Shown piece by piece: positions 1 to 12,699 of a stretch of DNA of 60,000 nucleotides. The first letter of the stretch is position 1. Every line of letters begins with the position of its first letter. A model generated the notes under the pieces. That model saw only the letters and a list, made by a program, of their open reading frames with translations, was not told where the DNA came from and made no database searches. The stretch is from Laetmonice hystrix (taxonomy: Eukaryota), in the NCBI GenBank assembly GCA_965235115.1, contig OZ249436.1:10294001-10354000 (forward strand), written 5' to 3'. Made by a program: the position numbers and the translations under genes.

Positions 1-266
1 TTTACACTAAGACTGTAAACATTGTTAATGCCCATTAATATAGCATTATCATGATAATATCAAGGACAGAAGATAAGCATATCTCCAAAATCTGACAATC
101 AACACTGCTCATACTCTTTATACTCTTATTTATCTACATTACGCATTACTAGATGATGCAAGCAACACAAACTTTGAAAACCACAGGCCCAGAATAGCTA
201 CAAGTATTGAGTCAGGAAATTCAACATGACCTGGTCACATGATGAATTAGTTGCTCATATTCTCAC

Positions 267-3200
267 CTCATGCACTGGGTCATGTTCACGTGGACTCTCA
301 GTGGTACTGGCTGCTGACTGAGCTTCAGCTGATTTCTACATTAAAACAGTAAAATGTCACAGATATATGTACATGGAACTGCAGGAAGACCTTCTGTTGT
401 CATAATGAACATTTCTTGAACTAGAACTAGAACCTGTTTGCTGCCCAATACTTCAGATGTTGTTCAAACCTTCCAAGTGAGACAGATAAAACGGCAGGTT
501 ATCTCAGGTCATATCGGAGGTGTGCATAGGGCTAAAACCTCATTATAAATCACATCCTGTTCCATAAAATAAAACTTTGAGACTTGACAAATCAGGAACT
601 TGACTAGACTACATTAGCTGATTTTACTACACCGTATCTTTGCTTGTTCTCAGCAACCAAACACTGTAGGCTGATAGCAAGGACATTTTTCTTCTCGGGG
701 TTAACCTGCTCTCAAGGTTAACTTAGTTAAGCCGATTGCAAGAACGTCAAAATTCTCGGGGTTAAGCCATTCTGGAGGTTAAACTATATTTAACCCTGTT
801 AAACATGGCTGCTGCGTTGGCCAGGCGTCGTCGCCAAAAGGTTGCAGTGAGAACGAATTGACAATGGGTTATCCCAATATGTGGTTTAACCCATTCTAGG
901 GCCTGGTTTTTAGTTTGTCATTTTACCAATCTTAAAACTGGAATTTTAAGGCTGACTTGTGTTAATGTTATGGTCTCTCATTGGCTCACTTCATTGGATG
1001 GACCAATCATGTTAAGATTTGAACCTTATTAAGACTCGGTTTCCAAACTAAAAACCAGGGCCAGGGGTTAACCACTACTAAAGTCCTTGCAATCAGTCAT
1101 GTATCTCCCAATATCAAGGGTCATTCTAATAGATATCTCTGCAAAAAGGCCACGATATCTTTTCACCTGCAACAACAGATCACTGTCTATCAACTTTGTT
1201 GCATAGAAAAAAAAAACATAATAACAAAATAGTCAGAAGTAAAGATTTCTGAACTCATCAAACAAAGAGTCACTTTGGCCAGTGTTATGATTAGGCTATC
1301 ATTAGCCACTGCTAAGTATGGTAACATGAGCACGTTAACATTGACCATTAGGGACCCAGCATGCTAAATCTGTGCTAGTTTTCACTGGCATTTCTTCTGA
1401 ACACGGCCAACTAACTCTCCATACTTTACCTGTTCATCTTGACTGTTCATTAACTTCTTCCTGTGTGATCCTTCAAGTTTTACCTGAACAGACACAACAC
1501 CCATAACCACCATCTCTATATGACTACCCAGATATTGATTTTTTTCCCCCTAAAACTGTGAATGTGGGGAATATTTGTGATGAGTCCCTCCAGTGCCTCC
1601 CTTGACGGGAGTGCCCTGTCAACATACAACTGACCCACTCCTTGTGTTATTGGCTTTTTGTATCTGACGACCACTCCCATCCACATCTATAAAAAGCCTG
1701 AACATGTGAGCAGCTGCAGGGACTGAGAAATACAAATCCCCATCCCACCTCTGGGCTGACTGCCTAATTCCCCCAGCCATTTCAACCCAGGTGTGTCAAA
1801 CCTTGGGCTGTGACAGGTGTCATTATTTACCTGTCCCTGGAATCCTATGACAGAACTCTGACTCACCCTCTGCACATGCACCCAGTCCCTCATGGGGTCA
1901 TCCTTCGTGGAGAGGGTAGAATTCTGCGGAAGGCTTCGAACCAAACGTTCCAGGACAGCATTACGTTTTTGCAAAGCGTCTTTTTCCTCCCTAACATCAT
2001 GTACAAGATAACCTTACTGATTGTCACTGGATCATGGGAAATGATTTTCTTAGAAATGTACACTTAGTAATCTGTACATGACTGAAAAAATCTGACAACA
2101 TTTACATAAACATCATACACAAGTTTAATAGGCCCAAATCTGCTTTCTTTATTTTTAATATAAATTTGATAATACTTTTACCAAACACAAATATAAACTG
2201 TCAAAATCATACCAAAAAAACAGCAGTTATTTACACTTTATGCTGTCTGACATTGAGGAGAAATCTTAGATAGTAGAACAACCATAAGACAGGATTCATA
2301 CTTAAGTTGCTGGATGCAGGAATCTCTCTCTTCAATCATTTTTTGAAGTCTAGTCTTCAACTGTTCATTTTCTGGACATAGGTTGTTGATCATGACCTGT
2401 TATTTGATAAAAAAAAGTTCCATTTCATAATTAATGGAAGTGAGCACTCTTTAAACATTAAGACACATGTAACATACCATGGCTAGTTTTAAATCTTTCA
2501 TTTTATCTCGTACACCAATACCCTGCTACATTCTAGTACAATCATTCTCCAGACGAACCTCGCCAATAAGATGGGTAGCTGTCTTGCTGCTTTCCCCTCA
2601 AAAATTCCCTGGGCAAAATTTACAACTTTCATTTTTCCAATGTGGCTCACTTTCTTAAGAGCAAAACAGCTTAATCAATAACAGACCTTGAAATGAATGA
2701 TAAGAAAATATTATCCTTATATTTCAAATGCAAGTAAAGGTACTTGCCTGCTTCAACCGCATCTGTTTTTCAACTTTCAGGACGTCGATTGCAAGTCGAG
2801 CTAGTGCAGTGGAGAGCTGAGATGGTACTGTGAGGCCAACCCCCCTGGTCAGAGCATTTGATATTTCCTGTACCTGAGAGATGAGCTGTGCTCCAGTGGG
2901 GCTTGATCCTCCCGAGGGGATCGCTTCAATTGATGACGAGGCAGCCTACAATTTTAGACCCGGTCTATAAGCACAGATTCTCATCAACTTTACCTTTAAT
3001 TTCATCTCAAACACTGGTGCTAAAATCTGGTATACAGAGGCAGTTTTTTGAGCAATGCAATAGAACTGTCTAATTACATCACTTATAATTGCCATGTGTA
3101 AGTTACACCCTTGGGTGTAAGGGTGGAGGGCGGTTCCACCCTTGTGATGGCAGTTGCCAGTTCTTGCCAGCAGTCGCTGGATCTATCTAAAGCTGACGGA

Positions 3201-6200
3201 TTACATGTAGTTGGAGCATTACTGCAGGCCACAGCAAATGAGACAATCTTGTTACATCGCATGCTCGTGTATACTTCTTTAACAGACTACTCAATAAGGA
3301 ACATTAAAATTTCAGACTTAACTCTCAACCCTATCACAAAGGTCTAAAGACCAGCCTACCACTCATTATTTACACTTTTTATAGCAGACAACAGGCCCTG
3401 GTTTCAAGAAAGTAGTTAATGTTAACTACCGTATATTGGTTATGACGAATTTGGTTAAAATTTTGGTGAGACTGAATATGACTCGAAACAGGGATTTAAC
3501 CAATATTGGTTAAAGTCAGTTAACCACGATTTTAATCAACTTAGCTTGCAAACTTAACCACTTTCAAGAAACCAGTGTCTGATAGATTTCCTACAAAAAA
3601 TACAGATCAATATTTGATAAAGTTCTGTTCTTTTGGAATTCCACAAGCCATCATGGTTGAACAGAAACCATATCAGGACACCTTGAGCTACCTTCAAATA
3701 CACACACATAAACTATGCTGCTTGTACTGAAGAGCTTCCAAGGCCCTAGGCAAAACGTTATCTTCAGTTTCAAATAGATCACAGAACAAAGCGAAAGGTT
3801 TCTCAGTGACTGAGAGAATAAAATGCTGTTTGTGCAACTGTAGTCTGATGGCAGTGCCCATGCAGGAATGGCTCTGACACTGGCAGAGTTTCTCCGTTGA
3901 GCCTGTATACATTGTCAGGCATCGTTGTTCTAGCAAGACAGCCTAGAGGGGCCATGATCCCCAACCCCTTGAACACTCTTGAAACATGCTTGAAACTTTT
4001 CAAACTGACTCTAAATATATTACACAGCCAAGCTTGTAGACTCAATCGTCATTATTCTGTTAATCCGTATACATCTGAAACTGAACACACTTCTCTGCAA
4101 GCTCTCCTTCATACCATTCTCTATATAAAATTATAAAAGCATAATCCATTGCATGAATTAGGTCCGATTGTATCTACATTATGTTTCCCATTCCCTTAAA
4201 CATAAGGCCACTTAAAAAAAATAAAGATGCTTAACATACTTTACCACTGCAAAATCAGGGAAGGGTTTTTTTTTCATAGAACCTAATTTAAGTTCCTTCA
4301 TACTGCAAGTGGAAGATACATGTAGTGTACACTCATCGCTACAACACATAGTTTAGTCAATTAGTGTAGTTCAATCATCTTGCAGGTTAAAAGATAGCGC
4401 CCTGGTAGAGTGTTTGGGCATTCATGAACTTGATGAAGGGTGTTTATCTTTAAACAGCATTTAATTTGAAAGATCATCACTTCCTAGATGAGTACACAAT
4501 GAAGCAATCTCAACTTCGAATTCTTGAAAAAGTACAACTATTCCTGTCTTCAGACAGCATCAAATATCATGGAGATTTTCCCTTAAGGAAAAGGGATTTA
4601 GATCTGATTGAAAAAAAACCAGTCACTCACATCTTGCACTAGTTATTAAAACTAAAAGGGGGCTTCTCCAAGAGGTCTGAATCCAAGGGAGCCCTTCTGT
4701 TGCATGTTTTACACATTCTTGGAGTTATTTTTGGAGGTGACTTTGGACAAACTTTAATAGGGAACAAAAAAAATATTAAAAATCAAATAAACCAGAGTTG
4801 ACCATACTTGATACTTGATCTTTCTTTGTTATATCAAGCCCACACAACATCCTATATTGCACTGATTATACAATAAAAATACTGAATAAAGTATAAAAAA
4901 TTTGTCCAAAGCCACCCTAGATGATGGCAATTAGTTTCTGGAAACATTGTTTAATTTCAAATGCTACAACTTCTTACATTGTACATGACTAACCTGAGAT
5001 ATGTCCTGCTCAGCAGCTGTCCTGGAGATACCCTCTGCAGTAAATCCACCTGGCACAGTATACTGATCATACGGATCAATTTCCAGTGACTCTGTCCCTC
5101 CAATCTTTTCAAAAGTATTACTCTGATAGACACTGGAACTTACTGATGTGAGTTCCTCACCATCCCTCCGTTTGTCAGATGCTGGGACTACCTCAGTCTG
5201 GTTTGTTTCCATGTCTGGGGGTTCTTCATTCTCTGAGGCCACAGAGGCCTGGCCAGTGCTGCGAGAACGATGGCCCGTTGGTACAACAGGGTTCCCAGCA
5301 GAGCTACTGCTACCTGGATTTTGTTCTTCTCTTTGCATAAAATCGATTGATTTTGCACTGTTAAGTGAACTTAGCAGTAACGATGGTTCCATTGACATCA
5401 CTTGTTTCAGGTCAGCAAACCTTGCTGCAGCTTCTTCATAGAGCTGCCTATACTTGCGACTTTCGTGCTTTTCCTCCTGCAGTAAACTACCTGCAAATTA
5501 AGAAAATGATAAATATAGTCGACATCGCTGATACGACACAAATTTGGAGGTGGGGGGGAGGAGGGGGGCGAGGTAGCCTCTGACGGGGGAGGGAAGACAC
5601 ACACCCTCCAAGAGTAAGAAAATGGGCTATTATGGACTGGTCAAGCCCCCCCTCTTTTAGGCCATACACAGGAACACTGGCTATCATTAACCCCATTAAT
5701 TAGATGAACTGGACTGAATAAAATAAAATCTCTCTCGCTACTTTAGTGACTTAGCCATGTTGCCTGAGCTCCATAGCTCCTATAATTTCAGGAAGCAATA
5801 ATAAATAAATTGTCCATGTGTGTTGTATTCCTGAGTCATGGTGCAGTCCAATTTCACTCAACCATTTCATTCTAAGGGCGTTTCCAGAGTACTACTGTAC
5901 TAATTACTATACTTATTGTTTGCTACCACTCTTAATTTCTCTTAATCCAAAGTCCATATTAATTACAAGTAACCATGACTCTGCTGTAGGAACATAATGT
6001 TGCCACCATTACACAGTCTCTCCTTCTCTCCCTCCTTCCATTTTTCCTCCCTCTTTCTTCTTCCTTATGTCAGGCCAGGTTTGAAGGTCACAATGAGCCA
6101 TTTATCAATGCACACCACAGAGGAGATGTAGCAGTAGGTGCAGTAAAAAACAGTGTCTCCTCTCAGCTAATTAATGTCCAGATGTTACCTGTAATTTTGT

Positions 6201-9200
6201 CTTCAATTAAGGTTCACTTTGAAAACCATCACAAATTATAACACTCACCAACTGTTATGTACATACAAGGATCAGGCTGGGTTTGGGTTGTAAGGGGCCG
6301 TCCATAAATTACGTAACAACACTGAGGGGGTGGGGCCTGATTGTGCCTCGTTTGGTTCATTCATTGTCAGGTCATAATGATCGAAATCTGCACTCTGATA
6401 CCTCATACTCATAGGCAGTTCAGCCGTCAAACACGCAATAAAGGAATATATTTCGCAAAAACTGACAATCACATTGCGGTATTCTGCTCAACCAAATAAT
6501 AAAAGTGTATATCATGTCTTGTTTATGCGTTTTATCCTGTTAGGATTGCCATGAACTTGAGGGGACTTATGAAATTGATGATATAAATTCACTGTTGGTA
6601 CATTACATGGTTATTTTTGGAGCAGTCAAATGATTTTTAATCGCATTATGGGAAAAGTTAGGAATTTCTATTTTTTGAACCAAGAATATCACCCAGCCTG
6701 ATCCCTGTGTGTATGGTACAATATTTCTTTCCCATTTATATTTCCAGAATTGGACCAAGGCCATGTCAGGAATGATGAATCAGATTTGAAAATATTTGCC
6801 TGTTTTGATAAAACTAGGCTCTGACTCATGAACAGTTATACATGGCAGTGCCAAAGTAATGCCCATCAAAGCCATTGCACAATTTACAAACTGTCAATAA
6901 CTGGACCACCTGGCCCTGGGGACCACATACAAACTGTCAATAAGTGGACCACCTGGCCCTGGGGACCACATACAAACTGTCAATAAGTGGACTACCTGGC
7001 CCTGGGGACCACATACAAACTGTCAATAAGTGGACCACCTGGCCCTGGGGACCACATACAAACTGTCAATAAGTGGACTACCTAGCCATGGGGACCACAT
7101 ACAAACTGTCAATAAGTGGACCACCTGGCCCTGGGGACCACATACAAACTGTCAATAACTGGACCACCTGGCCCTGGGGACCACATACAAACTGTCAATA
7201 TCTGGACCACCTGGCCCTGGGGACCACATACTAACTGTCAATAACTGGACCACCTGGCCCTGGGGACCACATACAAACTTTTGACCACATACTAACTGTC
7301 AATAACTGGACCACCTGGCCCTGGGGACCACATACAAACTGTCAATATGTTTGTTTGTTTGTTTGTTGTTTATTTTCAAGAAGAGGGTATTTATACAGTT
7401 ACGTTTGATATACATTACAAGAGTTCTATGAGGATGACCCTTTCTTGAGGGTGCTGCCTAAGCCTAGTAGGCTGTACCTTAACCATAACAAAATTAGAAA
7501 TTTTTATGTTTCGTCCGCCTATTACCGTGGTTGGGCGGCAGTACCCTATACAAGGAAAAACAACAAAAAGCACACACACGCAAGTAGAGAGTATCTCATG
7601 AGGGTGTTCTGGGGCCCGCCTCTCGAAGACGCCGCAAAGCCACGCACCGCGCATCCCATCGTGAGCATTCTCAGACAACAGAATACGCAGCGCGCAACTC
7701 CACGACGCCCCCCAAAAACGGGTCCCTGGTCCTGCCCACCCACTCCAGCCCTAGTGATTTGCTTGAATGCGTACCTAATATATAGGCTACGCGGAGCAAG
7801 ATGCTCGTGGAGGCTACTTATAGGCGGATCGAGCGAGTGGGCCAGGCTGTTATTACCTTTGCCTATTAGTCAGTTTAGGTGTATATACATGACGCTATGG
7901 AGTAATGGTGATGAAAGTGGTGAATATGGGTGTGAGAGTGGTGAGTATGAGTGGGGGGGGGGGGGTCGTTTGTATTGAGATATTATATGATTTAAGTAAT
8001 AATGCTTTGTATTAAGAGACTCTTGTATGCTCTGTAAAATTCATGTTTACTTTTTGCATGCTTTATGTTGTTTGCAAGCTCATACCATAACCTTGTTGCC
8101 TGGTAGATTATTGTATTTTGTGATGAGCTTAGCCAGTATCTTGTTGGATGAGGGTCGGTTGAGTGACGAGTATTATGATAATGAAGGTTCGAATTTAGAG
8201 TAAAATGTTCATTTAGGCGTGCTGGTAACAAGTTTGCATAATATCCATACATAAATTTGCCCAGGTTGTATTTATACAATTCATTTAAGGGAAGTATTCC
8301 TAGCTCCTTAAAAATAGGTTTTGTATGATCATTATACTTGCATTTCTTTATACACCTTATACTCTTTTTCTGCAAGACAGCAAGTTTGTTTATATGTGTT
8401 GGATGAGTACCGCCCCATAGTGCTATTCCATAGTCAAGGTATGGCTGTATTAGGGAAGTATATAATATTTGTAATTGTTTAGCTGGTATGTTATTTTTGA
8501 TTTGATTCATGATGTATAAAGAACCGGAAAGTTTGGCTTTGCACTGATCAATATGTGCATGCCAATTTAGTTTGCTGTCGATGGTAATTCCCAGAAACTT
8601 AAAGCTGTCTACCTGTGTTATTACTGATTCTCCAATTTTTACCTGGCAATTTTCGGTATTCGTTACTTTAGATTTAGTTAAGTACATACAGACAGTTTTA
8701 TTTACATTCAGTGATAGTTTGTTGGCTCTGAACCAGTCATCAAGGGCACAGAGATCGTTATTCATGTTATTATATAGGGTGTTTATGTTAGGCGAAGTGA
8801 GATATACTGTAGTGTCATCAGCAAAAAGTATAACTTTTAGGTGGTTTAGGCATCTTGCCAGGTCATTTGTGTAAATAATAAAGAGGAGCGGTCCTAGAAT
8901 CGAACCTTGGGGAACGCCACAAGTAATTTCCATTTGCTCAGATTCAGAGTTTTTATACTTCACATATTGTCTTCTGTTAGTTAGGTAGCTACTGAACCAT
9001 TTGAGTGCGATTCCTCTTACACCATAATATTGGAGCTTATCCAGCAAGATACCGTGATCTATTGTATCAAAAGCTTTTGACAGGTCGAGGAAAGTAGCCA
9101 GGCAATGTGATTTGTTTTCGAAGGCATCTACAATATCCATATTAAGTTCGGTCACGGCATGTATAGTTGAATGCATCGGCCTAAAACCATATTGACTCTT

Positions 9201-11294
9201 ATATATCCTATTTTTTATGAAGTTATAGAGACGTTTATGTATGGCTTTTCCTAGTATTTTGGATATTACAGGGAGCAGGGATATTGGTCTGTAGTTTTCA
9301 ATCAGGCTTTTTTCTTTCGATTTATATACTGGTATGACTTTTGCTATTTTAAGTTCGTCAGGAACAATTCCACTAGTAATTGATTTGTTTAAGATTAAGC
9401 TAATTGGGAGACATACCTCCTGGTTAATTTGCTTGATGATGTCTGTGGTCAGTGCATCGTGACCTTGGCTCTTCTTTGGCTTTAGAGAGTTTATTATTTT
9501 GTGAATTTCATATGGGTCTGTTGGTTCTAGGTAAATACTATTTGTTTGGGGAGAATTTGATGGATTTCTGTCATTAAGATATTCGTTATATCTTTTTTTG
9601 GATTTTTTTATCTTGTTTGCTTGGATTGTTCCTATATTGGTAAAAAAATTACAGAACTCTTTTGCAATTTTATTCGGGTCTCCTGTGCTTTCATTGTTTA
9701 TATTAAAGGTATCTTGTATTGAGCTTTTGTCGTTTTGTTTAGAGATTATTGAACGTAGGGTGTCCCAGGTTTTCTTTACATTATTTCTGTAGCTGTTTAG
9801 TAGATTTGTATAATACATTTGCTTCATTCTTCTTTTAATATTGTTGAATTTATTACGATATTCAATGTATTTGGTTCGTAGTGGGTGATCACTAGGTTTT
9901 CCTAGTTGTCTTTTAAATAGTTTGTTGCATGACTTCGAGCTTGTTCTAATCCCACGCGTTAACCATGGTTCTCTACTAATTTGTCTTGCAGGGATTGTTA
10001 CTCTTTTAGTTGGAGCAACTATATCCATAATGCTAACGAGTTTGTCTAAGAAAAATGTATATGCTTCATTTATGTCTATGTGGACCACCTGGCCCTGGGG
10101 ACCACATACAAACTGTCAATATGTGGACCACCTGGCCCTGGGGACCACATACAAACTGTCAATAAGTGGACCACCTGGCCCTGGGGACCACATACAAACT
10201 GTCAATAAGTGAACCACCTGGCCCTGGGGACCACATACAAACTGTCAATAAGTGGACCACCTGGCCCTGGGGACCACATACAAACTTTCGATAACTGGAC
10301 CACCTGGCCCTGGGGACCACATACAAACTGTCAATATGTGGACCACCTGGCCCTGGGGACCACATACAAACTGTCAATAACTGGACCACCTGGCCATGGG
10401 GACCACATACAAACTGTCAATAAGTGGACCACCTGGCCCTGGGGACCACATACAAACTGTCAATAACTGGACCACCTGGCCCTGGGGACCACATACAAAC
10501 TGTCAATAACTGGACCACCTGGCCCTGGGGACCACATACAAACTGTCAATAACTGGACCACCTGGCCCTGAGGACCACATACAAACTGTCAATAACTGGA
10601 CCACCTGGCCCTGGGGACCACATACAAACTGTCAATAACTCGAGCACCTGGCCCTGGGGACCATATACTTAAAGTAATACAGCTTTTTCAGGGAGATGTC
10701 AACATATTGCGAGCAGATCAGAGGAGACATATATTTAAACATCAGAGATTCAAATATAATTTTGTAGTAAGCATGGTAAAATAATAAAAATTTACAAACA
10801 TTTTCTGAGGCCGACAAAAGTAAAAAGAAAATGCTGAGCAAGACACCCACAATCCCAACATACATTATTTCATTGCACTTGGCTTCTTCCATGGTCATCT
10901 TCTGACTATTACAAAACATTTTAAATAAAGGAAAACACTGAATTAAACCGTTTTACTTTTGATTAGAAGCAACATACTGTATACTAAACAGGGTTAGCTT
11001 TCTGCACAGGTCAGGGCTAAGAAAGAGAATTAAAGGTACTGTATTCCATTAAAATGTTATTGCTTCATGAAAATTTGACTATAACTTACTCAGGGTCTGG
11101 TATCCTTGAATTCTCCCTTTTAAGTATCTGACTTCTTGCTTGTATCGGTCAAGCTCAAACTGTAGTTTGGATGCCTGTGAACCTCCCTTTTCATACCCCT
11201 CTGTCCCTCTACAGTCTTTCTGGGGCTCTTTGTTGTGTGAACAGGGATCCTCATCAGGGTCTCCAGGACCTAACTTTGATTTTGATCTATCCAT
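267..11294 (-). CDS. Unidentified multi-exon coiled-coil protein; 3' end lies beyond the left edge
   Basis: Phase-consistent exon chain: 11294-11090 (MDRSKSK...KLQFELDRYKQEVRYLKGRIQGYQTL), 5490-4994, 2945-2748 (GC donor), 2396-2302 (VMINNLCPENEQLKTRLQKMIEERDSCIQQL), 1990-1867 or 1990-1831, 1483-1430, 335-267. No internal stops; coiled-coil-like segments. Probable 5'UTR exon ends at 12240 and splices to 11349. Family not recognised. Confidence 0.75.
669..1098. mobile_element. Nested MITEs: outer element 669-1098, inner Harbinger-like MITE ~900-1061
   Basis: Outer TIR GGCTGATAGCAAGGAC (669; second copy GCCGATTGCAAGAAC at 731) matches GTCCTTGCAATCAGTC (1083-1098). Inner TIR GGCCTGGTTTTTAGTTTG / CAAACTAAAAACCAGGGC, flanked by TAG / CAG. 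Confidence 0.65.
3395..3578. mobile_element. Harbinger-like MITE, same family as 40911-41076
   Basis: Imperfect TIR GCCCTGGTTTCAAGAAAGTAGTTAA ... TTAACCACTTTCAAGAAACCAGTGT; internal GTTAAAGTCAG..TTAACCACGATTTTAA shared with the 40911 copy; flanks CAG / CTG. Confidence 0.7.
6264..6709. mobile_element. Non-autonomous TIR element
   Basis: TACAAGGATCAGGCTGGGT at the left end matches ACCCAGCCTGATCCCTGTG at the right end; no clear target duplication. Confidence 0.5.
6886..7350. repeat. 43-bp minisatellite, left half (~10 units)
   Basis: Unit (C/G)TGGACCACCTGGCCCTGGGGACCACATACAAACTGTCAATAA starts at 6901, 6944, 6987, etc.; contiguous units with no spacers. Confidence 0.95.
7351..10076 (-). mobile_element. 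5'-truncated non-LTR retrotransposon (CR1/L2/Crack-type LINE)
   Basis: RT ORF, ~640-bp 3'UTR, AATAAA (7374-7369) and a (CAAA)n tail ending at 7351; both ends abut the minisatellite with TATGT on each side. Confidence 0.9.
7992..10088 (-). CDS. LINE ORF2 fragment: reverse transcriptase and C-terminal domain, endonuclease missing
   Basis: Motifs NYRPISLLP, QYGFR, FLDLSKAFDTIDH, GVPQGSILGPLLF, FADDT, KFLG, HYHNTR. The listed start is a GTG inside the minisatellite, not a real start. Confidence 0.92.
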   Translation of the reverse strand: MVHIDINEAYTFFLDKLVSIMDIVAPTKRVTIPARQISREPWLTRGIRTSSKSCNKLFKRQLGKPSDHPLRTKYIEYRNKFNNIKRRMKQMYYTNLLNSYRNNVKKTWDTLRSIISKQNDKSSIQDTFNINNESTGDPNKIAKEFCNFFTNIGTIQANKIKKSKKRYNEYLNDRNPSNSPQTNSIYLEPTDPYEIHKIINSLKPKKSQGHDALTTDIIKQINQEVCLPISLILNKSITSGIVPDELKIAKVIPVYKSKEKSLIENYRPISLLPVISKILGKAIHKRLYNFIKNRIYKSQYGFRPMHSTIHAVTELNMDIVDAFENKSHCLATFLDLSKAFDTIDHGILLDKLQYYGVRGIALKWFSSYLTNRRQYVKYKNSESEQMEITCGVPQGSILGPLLFIIYTNDLARCLNHLKVILFADDTTVYLTSPNINTLYNNMNNDLCALDDWFRANKLSLNVNKTVCMYLTKSKVTNTENCQVKIGESVITQVDSFKFLGITIDSKLNWHAHIDQCKAKLSGSLYIMNQIKNNIPAKQLQILYTSLIQPYLDYGIALWGGTHPTHINKLAVLQKKSIRCIKKCKYNDHTKPIFKELGILPLNELYKYNLGKFMYGYYANLLPARLNEHFTLNSNLHYHNTRHSTDPHPTRYWLSSSQNTIIYQATRLWYELANNIKHAKSKHEFYRAYKSLLIQSIIT
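10077..10664. repeat. 43-bp minisatellite, right half (~13-14 units)
   Basis: Same unit as 6886-7350, resuming in register after the LINE. Confidence 0.95.
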
Positions 11295-12239
11295 TTCACT
11301 CCTAACTCTTAGGTCTTAGTTTCAAGATTTGTTTTTCCTCAGATCCTACCTGAAAAAAGATGACCAAATAAAAATATATACATGTAAGTATTAAGGAATG
11401 AAACAGAAAGAAAATGACATGAAAGCACCTCTGTCTCTGAGTAAACCATAAATCCTAACTGTCAAACCACCACACTATAGACAGGTCCTCATCATAACCC
11501 AAAGGAAATCAATAAAGCACACGTGTTCACATACAACTAAGGTCCTACTAGCCTGGCTAAGTATATCTAGTTTTGGAGAAAAATGCATAAATATTTACAC
11601 ATTATTTTAATCAATTCACAGGAACAGATCAAGAATCGGTACAGAGTTTCTGACATTGCCAGAATTGGAATGCAATTCATTCAATCATAGCTAAAGTTTT
11701 CATCTAAATAGCAATATAGGTATCTCTTGACTCTTCCCTTACCCAAACCAACGTTTCAATCGGGCCTACTATGATAGCACTGCCACTACCTGCTCTCACT
11801 GCTAAATAAATGCTAACTGCCGCCTCTGGCTCTGCTACTAAAAAAACCCAAAGTAACTCGTCAAACTCATCAACCTATCTCTGTCCTCACCTCACTGCCA
11901 CCCCACCACTGACTGAAAGTGCATTACCTCACTTTGTGAGAATGCACACCTACAATACACTGACTGTACAGGATATGCCAACGCGGCACCCAGTCATCAA
12001 GATCTTGTCGAGATACACCCACCGTACGGTATAATACCAGGGGATTCCCCACGGCTGGAGTAGGGGTTTCCCCGGGAAAACCCGGGTGGGTGCTACACAG
12101 GCATATACCAACCTGTCGTACAAACCCCTGCTTTATATCCGATAACAACATCTATAACTGAAGTAAGAAGTAAGAATACGTTTCCTTTCATGTTGTTCCG
12201 TCAACTAACATGTGTGTAACTAGAGATGATGATCCTTAC

Positions 12240-12699
12240 CTACAGGTGATTGCGAACACACAGAGCTCCCTCGGAGCAGGACGTCCCCGCCATGGACCAC
12301 TTCGTTTACCAAGCCTCGTTCGGGGAAGTCACTGTGTGCGTCATTAGTTCGGGAACACCCCTTTCGGACCGCAGGTGATCCCCGGCGGCCGTTTCGTAAC
12401 GCCGAATCACACACAGAACGGCTTAGTTATTCCAACTTTCTCGGTAAACGTCATCGAGGTTGTTTGGTAACATCACTCTTGACTTGAGCCAGTCTTGCCA
12501 GTCAGCCTGTACTGTACTCGCAGTCTGTGACTGTAGTGTAGACAGGAAGAGGAAGAAAATAAATATCCAGTGGTGGCGGGGATTGTTGTACTTTCGTAGC
12601 ACCAGGTGGCAGCACCATGATGCCCACTGAGTTCTAAGGGATCCCGTAAGAGGTCGCTTGTGTAGCGAGATGTTTCCGGTAGGGGTCTTCCGGTAAACA
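12240..12699. promoter_or_regulatory. Bidirectional promoter region: coiled-coil gene / LAMTOR3
   Basis: CpG-richer segment between divergent first exons; two ETS-like TTCCGG sites (12674, 12688); CTCF-like GCACCAGGTGGCAGCA at 12599-12614. Confidence 0.6.

Noticed and set aside
6762..6830. Box C/D-like segment
   Set aside because: Opposite strand to the host gene and no identifiable guide.
7445..7978. 177-aa ORF
   Set aside because: Antisense to the LINE 3'UTR, non-ATG start, no motif.
9922..10466. ORFs over the minisatellite (GPPGPGDHIQ...)
   Set aside because: Artefacts of translating a 43-bp repeat.
6886..10664. CRISPR-like or retron-like 'repeat array + reverse transcriptase' system
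   Set aside because: Units are contiguous with no unique spacers, there are no cas genes, and the RT is a eukaryotic LINE with a 3' tail that interrupts the array.
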